From Vampirovibrionaceae bacterium NZW_1234 (GTDB lineage: Bacteria; Cyanobacteriota; Vampirovibrionia; Vampirovibrionales; JAGQHJ01), in the NCBI GenBank assembly GCA_041697335.1, contig JBGUGD010000030.1:64001-128000 (forward strand): 64,000 bases of DNA, read 5' to 3'. The position numbers were made by a program, and so were the translations under genes. Under the pieces are notes generated by a model that searched no databases, was not told the DNA's origin, and worked only from the letters and a program-made list of their open reading frames with translations. The first letter of the stretch is position 1, and each line of letters begins with the position of its first letter. Positions 58,934 to 64,000 of this stretch are shown here, in pieces.

Positions 58934-61900
58934 CCCAGATGTCCTTGTTTGAACCCATGGCTTCGCCGCCACCTTTGGACCAGTTGTGTGAAGGTTTGAA
59001 TGATGCCCAAAAAGCTGCTGTGATGGCCCCCATCACGGCTTCTCTGCAAGTGTTGGCCGGGGCGGGGACCGGGAAAACCGAACTGATTACCCGGCGTTTT
59101 GCCAAGCTGGCGTTGGAGTTGTCGGGCCATGATGTTCCGGACCCGACCGCTGCACTGTGGGTCTCCACCTTTACGGACAAGGCCGCTCAAGAGATGCATG
59201 AGCGCATCGCCGCCTATTTGCTGGAGTCCGGCGGGTTGATGCTGCATGCCAAACCCTGGATTGGGACGTTTCATAGTCTGTGTCAACGGATTTTGCAGCA
59301 GCATCGAGACAAAACCCCCTATCCTGACGGATATCAGGTGGTGACCGATATTGAGTTGGAACTGCTTCGAGAGCGCATGATTTCGCTCTTGATGTCGGGG
59401 CAGGGGGTGGACTGGCCCACCATTTTTCAGCTGCATCATTTGCCCCTTGAGCCTGGCTGTGTGTCCCTGGAGACCTTGCAACGGCTCGCCTTTGGCAGCT
59501 ATGAGCAGGTGTTTACGGAAATTGTCTTTACGGTGATTCCTCGCCTGAAGGCTGCAGGCCTTTCCCCTGAAGAGTTTTATCACCAGGCACGGGATCAGGC
59601 GCGTGAATTGACCCGATCGCTACAGGCGATGCCCTGTGAAGATGCCTTAAGCGGTGAGCCCTGGTTTAGCCATGACGCATACGCACGTGAATGGGGACGC
59701 TATTTGCGGCCCTGGTCTCACGATCGTTTCTCATTTGAGCCGCATGGGTGGGCCGTGGAGATTGCCGCCTACAAGGCGCGGTTGGCCGGTAAAGAGCCTC
59801 CCTCTGACGAAGCGCTCTTAAAGGATGCCTTGAGCCCTTTTTACAAAACCAAGTACTTTGTGACCCACGATGGGCGTAAGAAAAAGCAGCCCTTTGCCCA
59901 TGGAACCCGAGATCGCGCCGATCTGAGCGATCTGTTGCAGGTGGAAGAGCAGTGTATTGCTGTGGTGGCTGCTGTCTTTGCCTTGTACCAGTCCATGCTT
60001 CTGTCTCAAGCCAGTTGCGATTTTGATGATCTGATTGCCGAAACCGTGAGACTCTTAACCCGCCATCCGGACGTGCAACGGGCCTATCAAAACCGCTTTG
60101 CCCATTTTCTGGTGGACGAGTTTCAAGATTCTAATGGCGGACAGCTTCAGTTGATTCAACTGTTGGCGGGGCAGCCGGTGAAAAACATCACGGTTGTGGG
60201 TGACATGAAGCAATCGATTTACGGGTTCCGTTTTGCTGAGCCTGAAAACCTGCATGTGTTGTTTCACAATCAACCGACTCTGGAGCAGATTGCCTTACAA
60301 ACCAACTATCGCTCTCATGCCGGGATTTTGGGCGTGGCCAACCGGATTACGGATATGATGCACCTGCCGGTCTCGGAACATTTGTCTCCATGCACCAATC
60401 CGCCGGACTGTCCACCCAACGCCCTCAAGTGGCTCACCGTGGATGGGGCGCATTCTCTGGCGGAGGGCAAGACCATGGAAGTGGACTGGATTGCCCAGAC
60501 CATTGCCACGCTGCTGGACCATCACGAGTATTCTCCCAAGGAGATTGCGGTTCTGGTTCGGGATCATCGAAAGGCCCTTCGTATTGAAGCGGCCTTGGAG
60601 GCCTATGGCATTCCGGCCATTAAGCAGCGAAATCTGGGGTTCTTTCAATCCACGGTGATCCAGCAGGCTGTGGCCCTGATGACGGTGGTTGCGGATCCGC
60701 ACAACGATATGGCGCTGATGAACCTGCTTCAGCGACGGCTGACGCATCGCCAGCTCTATTGCTTGGCCAAAGGCCATCAGCGGGTAAAGCACGCCATGAA
60801 ACAAGCGGTGGGAGCCGTGTCGCTTTCGTATTTTGATGTGTTGGATCGCTTGGGGCAGATGTCTCCAGAGGAAGGTCAAGGGTGGCTTTCGGATCTGGAC
60901 CCGGTACGGCCGTTTTTATTGTGGTTGACCCAAACCCTGTCTCAGTTGCATCAGGAGCAACAGTATTTGCGCCCGTGCCATGTGTTTGAGCGTATTTTGC
61001 AGTACTTTCCACTGGTGACTCCGGGGCAATGGGATGAACTCACCACGAGAAAAGCCTTGAAACACCTGGATTTGTTCAAGCGCATGCTCTACCACTGGGT
61101 CAACCGGGCCCGCCAGCCCTTGACCATGGAAGAGGCCCTGGTGTTGATTCAGCGTTACCAGGCCAAAGACGACCTGGAATTGCCGGTGGAGCAGGATGCT
61201 TTTGCCGAAGATGCGGTTCGCATTATGACGGTGCATGGATCCAAGGGGTTGCAGTTCCCGGTGGTTTTTCTGGCCGGGGTGGATCGTTTCCGCAAGAGTC
61301 GCGAAAGCGGTTTGTTTACACTGGATCCTCAATACCCGGGTAAAGCGGGCTTTGGCTTGATGCTCAACAAGTGGCAAGAGCAGCCGAGCCTGAAAAAAGT
61401 GGTCTACGACACGGTGTGGAAGGTCCCCCGGAATCTGGAAGAGGAGCTTCGTCTGTTCTATGTGGGGGTCACTCGGGCGAAAAATCGTCTGTACTTATCG
61501 TCGTTTTCCCAGTCGTTCCCTTATGTGAATCCTGTCTTTTTCCGGGATAAAGCGGTCTTGGCGCTGTCGCCGGATGAAGTGCCCTGGCTGGAGGGGGACG
61601 ACCAGAATGCGCTGGCCACCCGGTTGAAAGCCCGTTATGTCCAACCCATTGTCTGGGAAGCCCGGTCTCCTCGAACGCTGGGTGAAGCTCATACGGATAC
61701 CGCTCTCCCTCCTTCTTCCGCTGCTTCACGTCCAAATCCGGCTGCCAAGCTGTCGATAACCTTCGATACCGTTATCCATTTTGCCCAGTGCCCCACGCGG
61801 GGGTGGTTGCATCATCTGCTGGGGGCAGCTCCGACGACAATCAAGGCTGAGCCGCTTGGGTATCAGCCGGTTCAGTGGGGCGAGACGCTGGTTATTGGGT

Positions 61901-62205
61901 GGGATGTGGCATGGTCCGGAACCTCCTTGGAGGCATGGGATACGCATCGCTCATGGCAAAAGGCATTATTGGACTGTTTTTGTGCTCAGGTTAATCAACC
62001 GGGTCCTCAAATCACATGGTTGCCGTTGCCGGAGGGCAACGCCAGCTGTGAATCGTCTATGCCTTTGGAAACGGTGTTAGCGCATTTTGAAAAAGCCTGT
62101 GGCGCTGAGGCGCCTGGATGGCGAAACTTGCCAATACCGGATTCAGAAGTCTTATGCACGACCTGTCCTTATAGGACATGCTGCCCTGTTGGGCAGGAAG
62201 CCTAA
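58930..62205 (+). CDS. UvrD/AddA/AdnB-like superfamily 1 helicase
   Basis: AGAGTGKT, TFT.KAA, TFHS, DEFQD, VGD.KQSIY.FR, NYRS, TVHGSKGL, EE.RL.YV..TRA; ATGA overlap with the upstream gene. Confidence 0.9.
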   Translation: MTQMSLFEPMASPPPLDQLCEGLNDAQKAAVMAPITASLQVLAGAGTGKTELITRRFAKLALELSGHDVPDPTAALWVSTFTDKAAQEMHERIAAYLLESGGLMLHAKPWIGTFHSLCQRILQQHRDKTPYPDGYQVVTDIELELLRERMISLLMSGQGVDWPTIFQLHHLPLEPGCVSLETLQRLAFGSYEQVFTEIVFTVIPRLKAAGLSPEEFYHQARDQARELTRSLQAMPCEDALSGEPWFSHDAYAREWGRYLRPWSHDRFSFEPHGWAVEIAAYKARLAGKEPPSDEALLKDALSPFYKTKYFVTHDGRKKKQPFAHGTRDRADLSDLLQVEEQCIAVVAAVFALYQSMLLSQASCDFDDLIAETVRLLTRHPDVQRAYQNRFAHFLVDEFQDSNGGQLQLIQLLAGQPVKNITVVGDMKQSIYGFRFAEPENLHVLFHNQPTLEQIALQTNYRSHAGILGVANRITDMMHLPVSEHLSPCTNPPDCPPNALKWLTVDGAHSLAEGKTMEVDWIAQTIATLLDHHEYSPKEIAVLVRDHRKALRIEAALEAYGIPAIKQRNLGFFQSTVIQQAVALMTVVADPHNDMALMNLLQRRLTHRQLYCLAKGHQRVKHAMKQAVGAVSLSYFDVLDRLGQMSPEEGQGWLSDLDPVRPFLLWLTQTLSQLHQEQQYLRPCHVFERILQYFPLVTPGQWDELTTRKALKHLDLFKRMLYHWVNRARQPLTMEEALVLIQRYQAKDDLELPVEQDAFAEDAVRIMTVHGSKGLQFPVVFLAGVDRFRKSRESGLFTLDPQYPGKAGFGLMLNKWQEQPSLKKVVYDTVWKVPRNLEEELRLFYVGVTRAKNRLYLSSFSQSFPYVNPVFFRDKAVLALSPDEVPWLEGDDQNALATRLKARYVQPIVWEARSPRTLGEAHTDTALPPSSAASRPNPAAKLSITFDTVIHFAQCPTRGWLHHLLGAAPTTIKAEPLGYQPVQWGETLVIGWDVAWSGTSLEAWDTHRSWQKALLDCFCAQVNQPGPQITWLPLPEGNASCESSMPLETVLAHFEKACGAEAPGWRNLPIPDSEVLCTTCPYRTCCPVGQEA

Positions 62206-62320
62206 GTGGCATGCGACCTGAAATCAATGGTTGAAGTTCAGGTGTGCTTGATGAATCATGCTGAGTGATGCATGGGTTTTATCCTGTTCATCAACGCATC
62301 CCCCTATGGAGTTTGATCAC

Positions 62321-63781
62321 ATGTCCTCCCAGCCCCTGACCCACGGTACTGCCCCTGTCGCTCAGCCGATGAAAGGCAAATCCATTTGGTCTGATATTGT
62401 GACGTGTTTTCGCTCGGTTCAATTGGCCATTGTCTTATTGTCACTCTTGGCCATCGGGACCATCATCGGGGTTGTGATGCCCCAGGAAGGGATGGTTGAG
62501 CTGGCCACGATTCGGGAAAAGTACGGCAATAACTTTGAATTGTTGCGCGATTTGGGGTGCTTTAACGTCTACTCGTCGTTTTGGTTTATTACCCTTCAAA
62601 TTCTCTTCTTCTTTAATCTTTTGATCGGCAGCTTTAAATGGCTGAAGCCTGCGACATTGGCGGCAATTCAGAAGCCCTTGTTGACGCCTGAGGTGATGGC
62701 CTTGAAACCCGATGCCCACAGCCTGCCGGTGTTGCTCAATGGGTCTCAAGATGCGGTTCAGGCCTCTGTCGTGAATCGCTTGAAGGCCCTTCGCTATGGG
62801 GTTCATCAAAGTGATGACGGCCGGATTTATGCCAGTAAAGGCAATATCACTCGTCTGGGGCCGTCGATTGCGCACTTGGGGATTCTGATTTGTTTGATTG
62901 CCGGGGTTTATAGCAGCTTTACCGGGTTTAAGGCTGTACGTATGGCGATTCCCGGAGAAACCTTTTCCCTTCACGAGGCCAATACCTTTAAAACGAACGT
63001 GCCCCAGCCGATTTGGTTGGGCTCTGTCCCTGAGTGGAAGGTTCGGGTCAATGATTTTCAGGTGGAATTTTATGAAGATCACCCGCAAACCGCCAAGCAG
63101 TATTACAGCAAGCTGGATGTGGTGAACCAAAAAGGCCAGGTCCTTAAGTCCGAGACGATTTCCGTCAATCACCCCCTCGTGTATGACAATATTTCCATTT
63201 ATCAGGCCAGCTATGCCCCCACCGGCCGGTTTTTATTGACGATGGATGGTAAGCCGCTGACGGTGACGGTGAATAGCCAGTTTAACCAGCGCCCCATCAG
63301 TATTACCGAATTGCCCGGGGGCAGCAGTTTGATTATGTTCCCGTTTTTTGCCCAGCAGGATCCCGGGGTCACTCAAAATTATGCGGTCTTTTTCTTGCGA
63401 AAGCCCGGAGAGCCCATTAATACTGGTGTGATGCCGGAAAATATCCGTTTGACCCAAGGCCGTAGCGGGAGCTTGAAAGGCCATACCATCACCTACCTGC
63501 AGCCGGAGATGTCCACCGGGCTTCAAATCAAGCGGGCGCCGGAAGTGCCTTTGATGTATGCGTCTTACCTGATTATTGCTCTGGGCGCAGTGCTTTGCTT
63601 CTTCTCCCAACGCCGGGTCTGGCTGGCCTTGAAGGAAGTACGTCCCCATCAGTGGGAAGCTTCGATATATCCGCAGACCAACAAGGGCTGGATCTCCTTT
63701 CGTCAGGAATTGGCCGTTTTACAGGCTACCCTGATGCGACTTGCACCCCCTCAACCGACCGTGGAAGGACCAAGAAGATGA
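62321..63781 (+). CDS. ccs1: Cytochrome c biogenesis protein Ccs1/ResB (system II)
   Basis: LAI.LL...GT....PQ, VYSS.WF, G....H, VNHPL, TGLQIK..P; followed by ccsA; start moved to ATG 62321. Confidence 0.9.
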   Translation: MSSQPLTHGTAPVAQPMKGKSIWSDIVTCFRSVQLAIVLLSLLAIGTIIGVVMPQEGMVELATIREKYGNNFELLRDLGCFNVYSSFWFITLQILFFFNLLIGSFKWLKPATLAAIQKPLLTPEVMALKPDAHSLPVLLNGSQDAVQASVVNRLKALRYGVHQSDDGRIYASKGNITRLGPSIAHLGILICLIAGVYSSFTGFKAVRMAIPGETFSLHEANTFKTNVPQPIWLGSVPEWKVRVNDFQVEFYEDHPQTAKQYYSKLDVVNQKGQVLKSETISVNHPLVYDNISIYQASYAPTGRFLLTMDGKPLTVTVNSQFNQRPISITELPGGSSLIMFPFFAQQDPGVTQNYAVFFLRKPGEPINTGVMPENIRLTQGRSGSLKGHTITYLQPEMSTGLQIKRAPEVPLMYASYLIIALGAVLCFFSQRRVWLALKEVRPHQWEASIYPQTNKGWISFRQELAVLQATLMRLAPPQPTVEGPRR

Positions 63782-64000
63782 TGGATTTATTGATGAACGT
63801 GAATGAATCTTCCCTGGCCGATGCCGGCTTGCTGTTGCTGGCTTTGAGTGCCTTAGGCTATGTTTTGTTTCAGGCCCTGTTGCCCAAGGCCTGGCTTCGA
63901 AATACCGCCTCGGTGACCACGGGGTTGAGTGTCCTGTGCTTGCTGGTATCCCTGGTATTACGGTCCATGACAGCCGGGTATTTTGCCCTCTCTAATATGT
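63778..64000 (+). CDS. ccsA: Cytochrome c biogenesis protein CcsA (partial, runs off the right edge)
   Basis: Translated by hand: MMDLLMNVNE...LRSMTAGYFALSNM, matching the CcsA R....G.F.LSN motif; ATGA overlap with ccs1. Confidence 0.85.
   Translation, partial: MMDLLMNVNESSLADAGLLLLALSALGYVLFQALLPKAWLRNTASVTTGLSVLCLLVSLVLRSMTAGYFALSNM

Noticed and set aside
1..64000. CRISPR array, IS/transposase, rRNA
   Set aside because: No regularly spaced repeats, transposase motifs or rRNA-like sequence seen by eye.

Overview
Bacterial chromosomal window. Cyanobacteria-like housekeeping genes (ccs1/ccsA, cdaA, rseP, suf) occur alongside flagellar genes (fliD, a YvyF-like gene, sigma-28-like promoters), which suggests a non-photosynthetic cyanobacterial relative (Vampirovibrionia/Melainabacteria); this is inference, not a database result. 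Ordinary content: etfBA, sufBCDSU, M20 peptidase, tRNA-Asp, tRNA-Val, ymdB, an AT-rich polysaccharide cluster, a CDF transporter, PGM/PMM, rimO, uvrB, rseP, asnS, a polyprenyl synthase and an AdnAB/AddAB-like pair. Most interesting signals: (1) eight accessory proteins from several families share a short, often Pro/Ser/Thr-rich N-terminal leader ending in [R/Q]-F-(x)-G, a candidate export signal; they include two divergent, translationally coupled pairs of paralogous membrane proteins, a giant GH13 enzyme, an N-terminally extended glutamate dehydrogenase and a HEXXH metalloprotease; (2) a tandem double malic enzyme whose halves have lost complementary catalytic motifs. Some start codons were moved from the ORF track on Shine-Dalgarno and family evidence. 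All family calls are motif recognition by eye.
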